A stretch of DNA of 64,000 nucleotides from Armatimonadota bacterium. Its GTDB lineage: Bacteria > Armatimonadota > HRBIN16. This document shows positions 30,903-40,112 of this stretch, piece after piece. The stretch's first letter is position 1. Each line of letters begins with the position of its first letter. Both the position numbers and the translations under genes were made by a program. The stretch lies in NCBI GenBank assembly GCA_963677485.1, contig OY781964.1, positions 3,968,001-4,032,000 on the forward strand, in the 5' to 3' direction. The notes under the pieces are model-generated. The model ran no database searches. It saw only the letters and a program-made list of their open reading frames with translations, and was not told the DNA's origin.

Positions 30903-31577
30903 TTATCTTGGGTATCGCAGCTCTGAGACCAGCTCCATCACGTCCGAGTTGATCTCCGCATGGTCCACAACCCACTTGGTGGCATTGGGGGCGAACAACT
31001 GTGCCCCACCACCCTTGGCATAGGGGCCGAATGTGGGGCTGTTCCAACTCATGTCTGCGCACAATCCGTAGACTACAACTGCCCCTGGCTTGATTTTGTA
31101 TAACGTGACATAATGGGCGTTGTTGGATTCGGGCAGAGCAAAGGCCGCTCTCGCCTTAAACGGAGTGTCTATGTGATATGTCTTCGCGAACGAATACCAT
31201 CGTCCCAGCTTGCTTGTTGGTCCCCAGTAACGCACCGCATAAACTTCTTTGTTCAACTTCAGCACCTGCACAGCGTTGGGGCCGGTGGTATCGAATGATG
31301 TGAGGAAGTATCTGGTCTGGTCTTCTGTCTGACCGTTCACTTCCATCAGCTTGGATATCAGTGAGGCGCTGTCGGCTTTACCGGCAGCCAATACGGACGA
31401 TCCCCATAAGTTTGTGGCCGGAATCCGGGAGGTCCGGAATGCAAGGACTTCGCCTCCAGCGGGCATCGTGCTGACCTCAGATGGGGCGTTGCCTCCACAG
31501 CCCGCTAATAACAGGGCAATGAAGCTGCCACAAGCGGCTAATAGAATTTTGACGCGGTGTGAATTCAGTAAACGCAT
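30903..31577 (-). CDS. Lipoprotein with putative TNT/Tse6-like NAD+-consuming (ART-fold) domain
   Basis: Lipobox LLAG|C; C-terminal RYWG..LGRWYS..TPF..R..ALP..Y..K.G.VV.G..A..GGGAQLF; AGGAG SD. CDS is solid; function is inferred. Confidence 0.55.
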   Translation of the reverse strand: MRLLNSHRVKILLAACGSFIALLLAGCGGNAPSEVSTMPAGGEVLAFRTSRIPATNLWGSSVLAAGKADSASLISKLMEVNGQTEDQTRYFLTSFDTTGPNAVQVLKLNKEVYAVRYWGPTSKLGRWYSFAKTYHIDTPFKARAAFALPESNNAHYVTLYKIKPGAVVVYGLCADMSWNSPTFGPYAKGGGAQLFAPNATKWVVDHAEINSDVMELVSELRYPR

Positions 31578-31778
31578 GCTTACTCCTAAGCTTTGATGTG
31601 TGTAATGAAACACTAACCACGCCTAGTTTTAGCCATATGCGCAGTATTATCCTCTGTGATATAACTATTGTCATGTAACCTATATTGTGGCATGATGGTG
31701 GTAACACTGAAAACACATCTTCGGTAGCTTCCTGGCAACTGCTGTATTGATCCTAAGAATGACAGGGGAACTGATATT

Positions 31779-33272
31779 ATGAATGCTAGTCTTTATGCCG
31801 ATCGTCACTATACTCTAGGGGCGATTGATCGGAGAATCTACGGTTCGTTCATCGAACACCTGGGCCGGGCTGTCTACGGCGGGATATATGACCCCGCCAG
31901 CTTGCGGTCTACCAGTTCGGGATTTCGCACGGATGTGCTGGATCTGGTCAAGCAAATCGGCGTGCCAGTGGTGCGGTATCCGGGAGGTAACTTTGTTTCA
32001 GGTTACAGGTGGGAAGATGGTGTAGGTCCGCGCGATCTACGCCCAACCAGGCTCGAACAGGCCTGGTTTTGCACCGAAAACAACCATGTTGGTATCAACG
32101 AGTTTGTCGACTGGGCCAAGCTGGCCGAGACAGAGATCATCATGGCGGTGAACCTGGGCACACGTGGAGCGGAAGAGGCGCGGGCTCTAGTGGAATACTG
32201 CAACCACCCGAGCGGAAGTTACTACAGCGATTTGCGCGTGTCTCACGGCTACAAAAACCCGCATGGCATCAAATATTGGTGCCTGGGGAATGAGATGGAC
32301 GGCCCATGGCAGATCGGACATAAGACGGCTGAGGAGTATGGCCGACTGGCATGCGAAACCGCCAAACTGATGAAGTGGGTTGATCCCAGCATCGAGCTGG
32401 TGGCTTGCGGCAGTTCGACGTTTGACATGCCCAGCTTTGGTTATTGGGAGTCGACGGTACTGGAGCATACCTATGAGCAAGTTGACTATATCTCGCTGCA
32501 TATGTATCGAGGGCTGTCAACATGGAACAATTTCGCCGCCAGTGCAAGATGGATGGACACCTTCATCAAGAGCGTGGCGGCCACCTGTGATCACGTGAAG
32601 TCGCGAAAGAAGAGCCGTCACACGGTCAATCTTTCCTTCGATGAGTGGAACGTGTGGTATCAAGGCGACTGGGCACAGGAGCTTGAAACGCGCTGGCAAA
32701 CCGCCCCTCATTTACTGGAGCAGATCTACACGATGGAAGATGCGGTAGTATTTGGCTCTATGCTCATCACATTGCTCAACAATGCCGATAGAGTGAAAAT
32801 CGCCTGCCTCGCCCAACTGGTCAATGTGATTGCCCCGATCATGGTTGATGAGAATGGGTCGGCTTGGTTTCAGACGATCTTCTACCCATACCTTCATGCT
32901 TCGCAATACGGCAAGGGTGAGGTGATCAAGATGATCCGTCATGCTCCGATGTTTGCGTCTGACCAGTGTGAGGGCTGCTATCTGGAGTCGACGCTGACAT
33001 ACGATGAAGCGACGGGCACCGCTACGCTTCTGGCGGTGAATCTCAGCCAGGATGAGGCCATGGGCCTCAACTGCGACTTGCGGGGATTGGGTGAGGTGCA
33101 GTGCATCGAACACACCGTGCTGAACCATTCCGATCGAAAAGCTCAGAACGGTTCGGCGAACCCACACAACGTGCAGCCACGGCAGATCACGCCACCAGTT
33201 GCCGACGATGGGATGCTAGATGTGACGCTGCTGCCCTTAAGCTGGAACATGCTGCGGTTTGTGGTTTCGTAA
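31779..33272 (+). CDS. abfA: Alpha-L-arabinofuranosidase (GH51)
   Basis: YGSFIEHLGRAVYGGIY, RYPGGNFVSGY.WEDGVGP, LGNEMDGPWQ, SFDEWNVWY, ACLAQLVNVIAPI. Confidence 0.95.
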   Translation: MNASLYADRHYTLGAIDRRIYGSFIEHLGRAVYGGIYDPASLRSTSSGFRTDVLDLVKQIGVPVVRYPGGNFVSGYRWEDGVGPRDLRPTRLEQAWFCTENNHVGINEFVDWAKLAETEIIMAVNLGTRGAEEARALVEYCNHPSGSYYSDLRVSHGYKNPHGIKYWCLGNEMDGPWQIGHKTAEEYGRLACETAKLMKWVDPSIELVACGSSTFDMPSFGYWESTVLEHTYEQVDYISLHMYRGLSTWNNFAASARWMDTFIKSVAATCDHVKSRKKSRHTVNLSFDEWNVWYQGDWAQELETRWQTAPHLLEQIYTMEDAVVFGSMLITLLNNADRVKIACLAQLVNVIAPIMVDENGSAWFQTIFYPYLHASQYGKGEVIKMIRHAPMFASDQCEGCYLESTLTYDEATGTATLLAVNLSQDEAMGLNCDLRGLGEVQCIEHTVLNHSDRKAQNGSANPHNVQPRQITPPVADDGMLDVTLLPLSWNMLRFVVS

Positions 33273-33322
33273 ACAAGGGGGCAACCATCCTCACGTGCTG
33301 GTATGGCAGCACATGGTGTAGT

Positions 33323-33423
33323 TGCTACTGGTCGTAGGGGCGTCCCTTGTGGGCGCCCTAAAAAAACTATCGAATGAACAACGATTAGGGCGCCCACAAG
33401 GGACGCCCCTACGACCAGTAGCA
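33323..33423. repeat. REP doublet (REPIN-like): perfect 39-bp inverted repeat between convergent genes; probable bidirectional terminator
   Basis: 33323-33361 TGCTACTGGTCGTAGGGGCGTCCCTTGTGGGCGCCCTAA and its exact reverse complement at 33385-33423. Confidence 0.9.
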
Positions 33424-33444
33424 TTCAACCACAGGGGCATGTCC

Positions 33445-35055
33445 CTACGAAGGTAGCACCCTCAGGCGGCGGTGCGGGTCCTCGCCCAGGCTTTCGCTGA
33501 CCAGGTTATTGCGCTCCACAAGCTGATGCTGCAGGCGGCGGATGTAACTGTTCTGCGGGCTGAGTTCCACGGGCTGCAGACGCTCCAGCACCTCGTCTAT
33601 CGCTTCTTGAGCCTCTTGCATCGCGCTGATGGTGGGGTCTTCTACGGTGGGCTCCAGACTGCTGGCAGGACGCATGTGGAACACATCGCGCACGGCGCTG
33701 GCGATTTGGGCGTAGGTGTTGCTCTTCACCAGGTAGATGGGCGTGCCGCTATTCTGCGCTTCACGCAGCCGATGGGCATCCTTCTGCGCCGTGCCGCGCA
33801 GCGCGATCACCACATCGGCTTCAGACAGGTTCCTGACCATGAAGCCAGGCACATACATCTCGCGGACGGCCCGCTCAAGGCGCGACCTGCTTACCCCATA
33901 TGCGAATAGCTTCACGGTGGGAGGCAGCTCTTTGGGTACCCGCGGGTGCGAGCTCATCTCACGAACGGTGGGGCCGGCCTCTTCCATTCCGCTGGAATCG
34001 CCTCGTTGTACCACGTCGATGGAACCTTGATCGGTGCGCACGCGGATTTCAGGACGCGGCATATCACCCCGCAGCATCCTGTCAACAACCGCGGCGACAT
34101 CGTGGTGGATGGCGAGTTTGTCCTTCTCCATCAGCTCAATCACGACATCGAAGGTGGGAGGCGCTTTACGCTCCAACACCGTCTTCTGAGTGCCACGCCG
34201 TCGCGCTTCATCGTCACCGAGGGTCACCGTCTGCACCCCGCCCACCAGGTCGCTGAGCGTGGGGTTCATCAGCAGGTTTTCCAGGGAGTTGCCGTGGGCG
34301 GTGCCGATGAGCTGCACGCCGCGTTCCGCGATGGTGCGAGCCGCGAAGGCCTCTTGCTCCGTGCCGATTTCGTCAATCACAATCACTTCAGGCATGTGGT
34401 TTTCCACTGCCTCAATCATCACCGCGTGTTGCTGTTCGGGCACAGCCACATGCATACGCCGCGCCCTGCCGATGGCAGGGTGGGGGATGTCGCCATCGCC
34501 AGCGATCTCGTTGGATGTATCGACGATGATCACACGCTTGTCGAACTCGTCGGCCAGCACTCGGGCGATCTCACGCAGTTTGGTGGTTTTGCCGACACCA
34601 GGCCGCCCCAGGCACAGAATACTCTTGCCCTTCTCCACCACATCCTGAATGATGTCGATGGTGCCGAACACCGCACGGCCCACACGGCAAGTCAATCCTA
34701 TCACCAAACCAGAACGGTTTCGAATAGCCGAAATGCGGTGCAGCGTGCGGGGGATACCTGCACGGTTGTCTTTACCGAAAGCCACCACACGGCTTACTAC
34801 ATAGTCGATCTCCTCACGGGTGATCTCTTCGTCGCTCAACCGTATGTGCCTGTCACGGAAGCGGGCTTCTGGCTCACGGCCAAGGTCCATCACGACCTCA
34901 AGCAGCTCCTCCAGATTGGCTTCACGGATCAAACTCTGGCGAATAGCGGTTGGCAATACATCAAGAAGTTCCGCGAGGTTATCAGTTACTCTCAATTGAT
35001 GCGGATGTGGCTGTTCAGATTCGGAAAATCCGCTGGGGTGTAAATCCTGGGTCAT
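33445..35055 (-). CDS. Ycf45/SpoIIIAA-like AAA ATPase with C-terminal R3H domain
   Basis: EVVMDLGR.PEARF, TLHRISAIRNR, GRPGVGKTT, MIEAVENHMPEVIVIDEIG, IRRLQH (R3H). Confidence 0.9.
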   Translation of the reverse strand: MTQDLHPSGFSESEQPHPHQLRVTDNLAELLDVLPTAIRQSLIREANLEELLEVVMDLGREPEARFRDRHIRLSDEEITREEIDYVVSRVVAFGKDNRAGIPRTLHRISAIRNRSGLVIGLTCRVGRAVFGTIDIIQDVVEKGKSILCLGRPGVGKTTKLREIARVLADEFDKRVIIVDTSNEIAGDGDIPHPAIGRARRMHVAVPEQQHAVMIEAVENHMPEVIVIDEIGTEQEAFAARTIAERGVQLIGTAHGNSLENLLMNPTLSDLVGGVQTVTLGDDEARRRGTQKTVLERKAPPTFDVVIELMEKDKLAIHHDVAAVVDRMLRGDMPRPEIRVRTDQGSIDVVQRGDSSGMEEAGPTVREMSSHPRVPKELPPTVKLFAYGVSRSRLERAVREMYVPGFMVRNLSEADVVIALRGTAQKDAHRLREAQNSGTPIYLVKSNTYAQIASAVRDVFHMRPASSLEPTVEDPTISAMQEAQEAIDEVLERLQPVELSPQNSYIRRLQHQLVERNNLVSESLGEDPHRRLRVLPS

Positions 35056-35138
35056 GCGTTGTCTTTCTGCGGTATACCGCGTGCTTAGTTCACTCTATCT
35101 AGATTCTACCCCTTCCACGCGGCATAGCGGTAAACGAG

Positions 35139-35876
35139 TTACGAAAGCAGCTCCACCGTGCGTCTGACGATCTCATCCACCAGCTTTTGGCCGAGCTTCT
35201 TGCTGGCGTGGATGCGAGGGTCAACACCGTGCATTGCATACAACGGACTGGTGGGGTCATACGGCCCCCCATCGTCCTTGATGGGTGTGATGGGCAGTGT
35301 CACCACACTCGAGTCGTGCGCGTAAAGGTAGTTCATACGAACCCAGTCGGGGTTTAGTTCTAAGGCGATGCTGGTTTCATATTTGGCAGCATGATCGCCA
35401 GCGAAGCTGTCGCCTGGTAGAGGCGTAGTGACATCACAGTCGCATATTCCAATGACGCGGGTGCAAGCGTGCCGTGCTTGTGCATCGGAGGCGATCTGCT
35501 TGACCATGTCGACCTGCTCGAATGGGTAGTGTCCTGTGAACAGCAAGATGCGTTTGAAGCCGTTCTCCACCAGCATATCGATGCTTTGGGCTATCAGAGG
35601 GATCAGCTCTTCGGGAGTCCACATATGCGTCCATCGCGTACCGATGTGTCCGCCGCCCGTGCCAAAGAAGCAGCAGGGCATCACCACACCGCCTGTGATC
35701 TCGGCAGCCCTCATGCAGAGTGCGTGAGCCTTGATCCCGTCAAAGCCGACCGGCAGATGGTAGCAATGATGCTCATACGTGCCCAGAGGCAGGTAAGCGA
35801 TGGGGCTCTGGTTCTTGATCTGCTCCAACTCATCTGGGTGCAGCAGTTGATATTCACCGTAGGATGTCATTGACAT
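35139..35876 (-). CDS. Creatininase/amidohydrolase family protein
   Basis: PLG..EHH..HLP.G.D, GH, DHA...ETS. Confidence 0.85.
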   Translation of the reverse strand: MSMTSYGEYQLLHPDELEQIKNQSPIAYLPLGTYEHHCYHLPVGFDGIKAHALCMRAAEITGGVVMPCCFFGTGGGHIGTRWTHMWTPEELIPLIAQSIDMLVENGFKRILLFTGHYPFEQVDMVKQIASDAQARHACTRVIGICDCDVTTPLPGDSFAGDHAAKYETSIALELNPDWVRMNYLYAHDSSVVTLPITPIKDDGGPYDPTSPLYAMHGVDPRIHASKKLGQKLVDEIVRRTVELLS

Positions 35877-35881
35877 TCTCC

Positions 35882-36172
35882 TTGCAAGTCACTTGGTTGG
35901 CTATGTCCGGGGCGGTCTGTCAGTACGCTTGCGGAGGCAACTGTCTATAGACCGCGCCGGTCTTTTTTCCTGACACAAATCTTTCAGGGCTATCCGCCAG
36001 ACCGGCGCGGTCTTGAGCCTTCTGCATCCGCTAGCCTACGCACAGACCGCCCCGGACATAGGCATCGTTTAGTTGCGATAGAGACGAACAGCCATTCGCA
36101 TATCACCTGTCATCCCAGTGTGATGCGTCAGTTATAGTGTGGGCTGCCGTGACCGCAAGGACTGGTGCTTGT
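35882..36172. repeat. Nested-inverted-repeat intergenic element, copy 3 (longer spacer before the tail)
   Basis: TATGTCCGGGGCGGTCTGT ... ACAGACCGCCCCGGACATA; perfect inner IR; tail GTTATAGTGTGGGCTGC...GGACTGGTGCTT. Confidence 0.92.
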
Positions 36173-36198
36173 TAGTTGATGGTATGAGGTCACCATCC

Positions 36199-37509
36199 CT
36201 ACGTTAGCCATCCAGCCAGTGCGCCGGCGGAGGCTGATGTCACAAACACTCGTTTTACGAACTCATCGTCTGGCAGATGGCTGTAAAAACTGCCTCGGAG
36301 GCCCGCCACCAGCGTCTCCGCTTGATCTGCTGATACTAGTGAGACGGTGCAGCCACCGAAACCGGCACCGGTCAAGCGAGCGCCAGCGGCGCCGAACGAC
36401 CGCAGCAGGCCGACCAGCTCATCCAGCTGCTTGCAGCTAATTTCGTAGTCCTCGGCGCAACTGCGGTGGGACTCGTTCATCAGCGTGCCCATCGCGGCAA
36501 TATCGCCGCTCTGCATGGCCTCACAAGCCTGTTGTACCCGGAGCCCTTCCGTGAGCACGTGACGGGCTCGTCGCTTGGGTTGAAAGCTGCTGCATCCATC
36601 TGGTATGAGCTGCTGCAGCTCGCTGGCGCTCAGACCTATGAACGCAGCACATTGATCTAGCGAGAGAATGCCATCGGGCAGTTGGGCTAATAACTCGTGC
36701 CAGTCGTTTCGGTCACGCAGCAGCTCTCCCAGTGATCCATATGTTTTACCAGCGAGTTTGCTCAGCATCCGCACGGCGATTCGACATTCCGCCACGCGGG
36801 AGTTGTAAGCGTCGCGAGCGGCTCCCGATTTTTCGGCGACGACCATGCTGTGGGCCACCACGAACCGCCAGTCTTCCGGTATCCGGTATGGCTGTGTTCG
36901 CAGCGGATTGAAGTGTATGCACAACGCGTGGTTCTTCAGTGACAACAGGCTGGCCGCCTGATCCATACCTCCGCCGCGGGTGCCCACATACTGCTCACCC
37001 TCAGAGCAGATTCCTGCCAACTGCTCGTGGCTGATCTCCAGACCATTCATTTTCGCCAGAGCGAGGGCCATCACCACGACTGTGGCGGATGAGCTGCTGA
37101 GGCCCGCGCCTTCGGGCACATCACCGGAAACACAGACGGTCGCGCCTTTCAGAGGCAGCTGCTCAGGCGCGTGCTGAGCGCACCAAATCCAAATCGCCTG
37201 ACACGCCGCTTTAAGGTAGTTTCCCCAGTCACCTGCCGGGTAGGTGGGGATGTCTGCGGAGATAGCAAACTGCCGCTCTCCATACTTCGGGTTGGTGTTC
37301 ATCGCCGTGATAGTCGGCTGTTCCACTGGTGCGGCGATCAAACAAATCTGCTGCTCAGTCGCGATGGGAAGCACAGGTAGATTGTTATAGTCGGTGTGCT
37401 CACCTATGATGTTGACTCGTCCGGGGGCATATGCCTCCAGCAGAGGCTCTGAGTGGCCAAAACGAGCCGTGTATGCCTGTCTGGCGGTGTCTAATAGTTG
37501 CTTGCTCAT
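36199..37509 (-). CDS. galK: Galactokinase family GHMP kinase
   Basis: APGRVNIIGEHTDYN, P.GAGLSSS, GGMDQ, GARLTGAGFGGC. Confidence 0.88.
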   Translation of the reverse strand: MSKQLLDTARQAYTARFGHSEPLLEAYAPGRVNIIGEHTDYNNLPVLPIATEQQICLIAAPVEQPTITAMNTNPKYGERQFAISADIPTYPAGDWGNYLKAACQAIWIWCAQHAPEQLPLKGATVCVSGDVPEGAGLSSSSATVVVMALALAKMNGLEISHEQLAGICSEGEQYVGTRGGGMDQAASLLSLKNHALCIHFNPLRTQPYRIPEDWRFVVAHSMVVAEKSGAARDAYNSRVAECRIAVRMLSKLAGKTYGSLGELLRDRNDWHELLAQLPDGILSLDQCAAFIGLSASELQQLIPDGCSSFQPKRRARHVLTEGLRVQQACEAMQSGDIAAMGTLMNESHRSCAEDYEISCKQLDELVGLLRSFGAAGARLTGAGFGGCTVSLVSADQAETLVAGLRGSFYSHLPDDEFVKRVFVTSASAGALAGWLT

Positions 37510-38237
37510 AACGTGCCCTCACTCAGCTTTCGCTCGGCCGTAGCCAGGTCCTCCGGTGTGCCGATGTCTAGCCAGGGGGCATCTTCCATGCGCACCGCGG
37601 CCACGGGCAGACCGTCAGCGATCATCATATTTACCGCATCTGGAAGCTCATACTCACCACGAGGGGAGGGTGTGAGGCGGCGAAGATACTCAAAAACGGT
37701 GGGTTGGAATGCAAAGATGCCGGCATTCATCCAGTGCGAAGGGATAGTGCCCTGTTTGGGTTTTTCGATGATCTGCTGCACCATGTCATCGCCGTCAATC
37801 AGCACCGCGGCACCTTTGTAGGGGTCATCTACCCACTTCAGGGCCGTGACCGCCTGGCAGTCACCACGGTTGATGCGAGCTACCATCTTACCGTAGAGGT
37901 CATCGGAGGTCAGGATATCACCAAAGGTCATCACAAAAGGTGACACGGCCACGAGCTCTTCCGCCGATTGCAGAGCTGCGCCTGTGCCGTGAACATCCGG
38001 CTGGGTGGCGTATTTGATGTCAAGACCTAGCTGTGAACCGTCACCGAAGTGCGACTGTATCGCCTCCGCGAGGTATCTGACGACGATGATGAACTCCTGG
38101 CATCCGTGCCGGGCGATTCGCTTAATGATGTGCTGCATAACAGGCTCACCAACAAGCGGAAGCATGGGTTTGGGGGTGGTCTGTGTGAGCACACCCAGTC
38201 GTGTGCCTTTACCCGCGGCTAATATGACGCATTTCAT
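37506..38237 (-). CDS. Sugar-phosphate nucleotidyltransferase
   Basis: ILAAGKGTRL..LT...PKPMLP, EKP, RGEYEL.D, W.DIGTPE; ATGA overlap with galK. Confidence 0.9.
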   Translation of the reverse strand: MKCVILAAGKGTRLGVLTQTTPKPMLPLVGEPVMQHIIKRIARHGCQEFIIVVRYLAEAIQSHFGDGSQLGLDIKYATQPDVHGTGAALQSAEELVAVSPFVMTFGDILTSDDLYGKMVARINRGDCQAVTALKWVDDPYKGAAVLIDGDDMVQQIIEKPKQGTIPSHWMNAGIFAFQPTVFEYLRRLTPSPRGEYELPDAVNMMIADGLPVAAVRMEDAPWLDIGTPEDLATAERKLSEGTL

Positions 38238-38322
38238 ATGATATAACTCCGAAAAACTATAATGCGATGTCCTTTGTTTGATACCACAACTTAGCGGATA
38301 TTTCCATCATGGATCATGAACT

Positions 38323-38350
38323 CCCTGGGAACGCCAATCTCCCGATTGGC
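38323..38350 (+). repeat. 28-bp REP-like unit identical to 22959-22986
   Basis: CCCTGGGAACGCCAATCTCCCGATTGGC, with hairpin GCCAATC-TCCC-GATTGGC. Confidence 0.8.
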
Positions 38351-38459
38351 ATCGGCCTGCCACGACACATTCTGTCACCATCGTTCCGGATGACAGGTCT
38401 CGTTGCAGTAGGCCATCCCTACGAATGCGACTAATGCCCATTGATGGTGAGTGAATACC

Positions 38460-38497
38460 AAAAAAAAGAGAGGCCGCTTGATGGGCGGCCCCTCTTT
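38460..38497 (-). terminator. Intrinsic terminator after amtB copy 1
   Basis: Minus strand AAAGAGGGGCCGCC-CATC-AAGCGGCCTCTC followed by a T-run. Confidence 0.85.
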
Positions 38498-38516
38498 GCT
38501 GAATAGCGCGTAACCG

Positions 38517-39842
38517 TTAGTCCTCGTGAAGCATGTGGTAGCCAAGCTCACCGTGCTGCGTGATGTCAAGGCCTTCACGCTCATCGGTGTCTTTCACCCG
38601 CAAGCCAGTCGTCAGCTTACAGATGCCAAGAATGATCAGCGTCATCACCACTGCATAGGCGATGGTGACTACGACCGCGATGATCTGGGCAATCATCAGC
38701 TTGGAGCCGCCCCCCAGGGCCAGACCTTGATGGGTGACGGCCGCGTTGACGGCACTGCTGGCAAACACACCCGTCAACAAAGCACCAGTGGTACCTCCAA
38801 CGCCGTGTACGCCGAAGGCGTCCAGTGCATCATCGTAGCCCAGTTTGCTCTTTGCATTGACAGCCGCGTAGCAGACCACTCCGACGATCAAGCCGATCGC
38901 GATGGAGGCCATTGGTGTGACAAACCCAGACCCAGGGGTGATGGCAACCAATCCGGCTACCGCTCCAGACACGGCACCCAATGCACTTGGCTTCTGACGG
39001 TGAATCCATTCAGCCACAATCCAGCCGATAGACGCGCATGCCGCGGAGATGTGGGTGACCACAAAGGCGTTTGCAGCTAAACCGGTAGAGCCTAACGCAC
39101 CGCCTCCGTTAAAGCCGAACCAGCCGAACCAAAGCAAAGCTCCACCGGTAAGGCACATCGTCAGGTTGTTGGGGAAGAAGGCCTCTTTACCGTAGCCCTT
39201 CCTCTTGCCGATGACCAGTGCTGCTACTAATGCGGATACACCGCTGCTGATATGCACAACCGTGCCTCCAGCGAAGTCCAGTGCTCCGAGTTTGTAAAGC
39301 CAGCCATCTGCGTTCCACACCCAGTGGGCGAGTGGAGCGTATACGACCGAGTTCCACAGGAAGCAAAACAGCACAAACGCACTGAATTTCATGCGTTCAG
39401 CCACGGCACCAGCGATCAACGCGGGGGTGATGACCGCAAACATCATCTGGTAAGCCATAAACACCAACTGTGGCACCGTGGTGGCATATGTGGTGCTGGG
39501 TGCTTGACCTACACCCCTAAGGAATGCGTGGTCCATATTTCCTATGAAACCACCGATGCTGGGTCCGAATGCCGTGGAATAGCCGAACAAAACCCATTGA
39601 AGGGTTGCGATTGCCAGGGCTGCAAAGCAGTACATGAAGATGCTCAACACATTTTTACGTCGGACAAGACCTCCGTAGAAGAGGGCCAGGCCTGGTGTCA
39701 TGAGCATGACCAGCGCGGTGCAGAGTAGCATCCATGCGGTGTCTCCGGTGTCAGCTTTTGGGGTGCCTGCCGCGAAGGCGGGCAGAGAGGCGATAAGCGT
39801 CGTTATCGCGAGGGTGATTGCGAGTGTTGTGTTCTTGCGCAC
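38517..39842 (-). CDS. amtB: Ammonium transporter (copy 1)
   Basis: DTGDTAW, MTPGLALFYGG, FAVITPAL..GA.AER, DFAGG.VVH, WFGWFGFNGG, DDALDAFGVHG; GTG start after GGAGG. Confidence 0.97.
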   Translation of the reverse strand: MRKNTTLAITLAITTLIASLPAFAAGTPKADTGDTAWMLLCTALVMLMTPGLALFYGGLVRRKNVLSIFMYCFAALAIATLQWVLFGYSTAFGPSIGGFIGNMDHAFLRGVGQAPSTTYATTVPQLVFMAYQMMFAVITPALIAGAVAERMKFSAFVLFCFLWNSVVYAPLAHWVWNADGWLYKLGALDFAGGTVVHISSGVSALVAALVIGKRKGYGKEAFFPNNLTMCLTGGALLWFGWFGFNGGGALGSTGLAANAFVVTHISAACASIGWIVAEWIHRQKPSALGAVSGAVAGLVAITPGSGFVTPMASIAIGLIVGVVCYAAVNAKSKLGYDDALDAFGVHGVGGTTGALLTGVFASSAVNAAVTHQGLALGGGSKLMIAQIIAVVVTIAYAVVMTLIILGICKLTTGLRVKDTDEREGLDITQHGELGYHMLHED

Positions 39843-39997
39843 GTGTTTATCCTCCGGTATTTACGGAGACAAGCCAGCCGCGTCTTCAGGGTGGATTGCC
39901 CGGGAGTAAAATTGGGCTTCATAACATAGCCCATGGAACCTGCGGTGGTGCGCTGTTGGGCAGGCTCGTCTTAGGCGCCTGCTCAGTCATTAATAAA

Positions 39998-40006
39998 ATT
40001 ATACCA
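39998..40006 (-). promoter_or_regulatory. Extended -10 promoter for amtB copy 1
   Basis: TGGTATAAT on the minus strand, about 156 nt upstream of the start. Confidence 0.55.
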
Positions 40007-40066
40007 AACTGCGGGGCAGAAACGAGGATCTCGAGATACCATATTGGTGATGTATTCCGCAGTGGG

Positions 40067-40100
40067 TAGCTCCAGGCGATCAGTAGACCGCCTGGAGCTA
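40067..40100. terminator. Hairpin between the two amtB genes
   Basis: 12-bp perfect IR TAGCTCCAGGCG / CGCCTGGAGCTA just after the copy 2 stop. Confidence 0.6.
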
Positions 40101-40112
40101 GTTGGAGCGTCG

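Noticed and set aside
11830-36172. Repeat element read as integron attC sites or CRISPR repeats
   Set aside because: Copies are kilobases apart beside housekeeping genes, with no RYYYAAC/GTTRRRY boundaries, spacers, integrase or cas genes.
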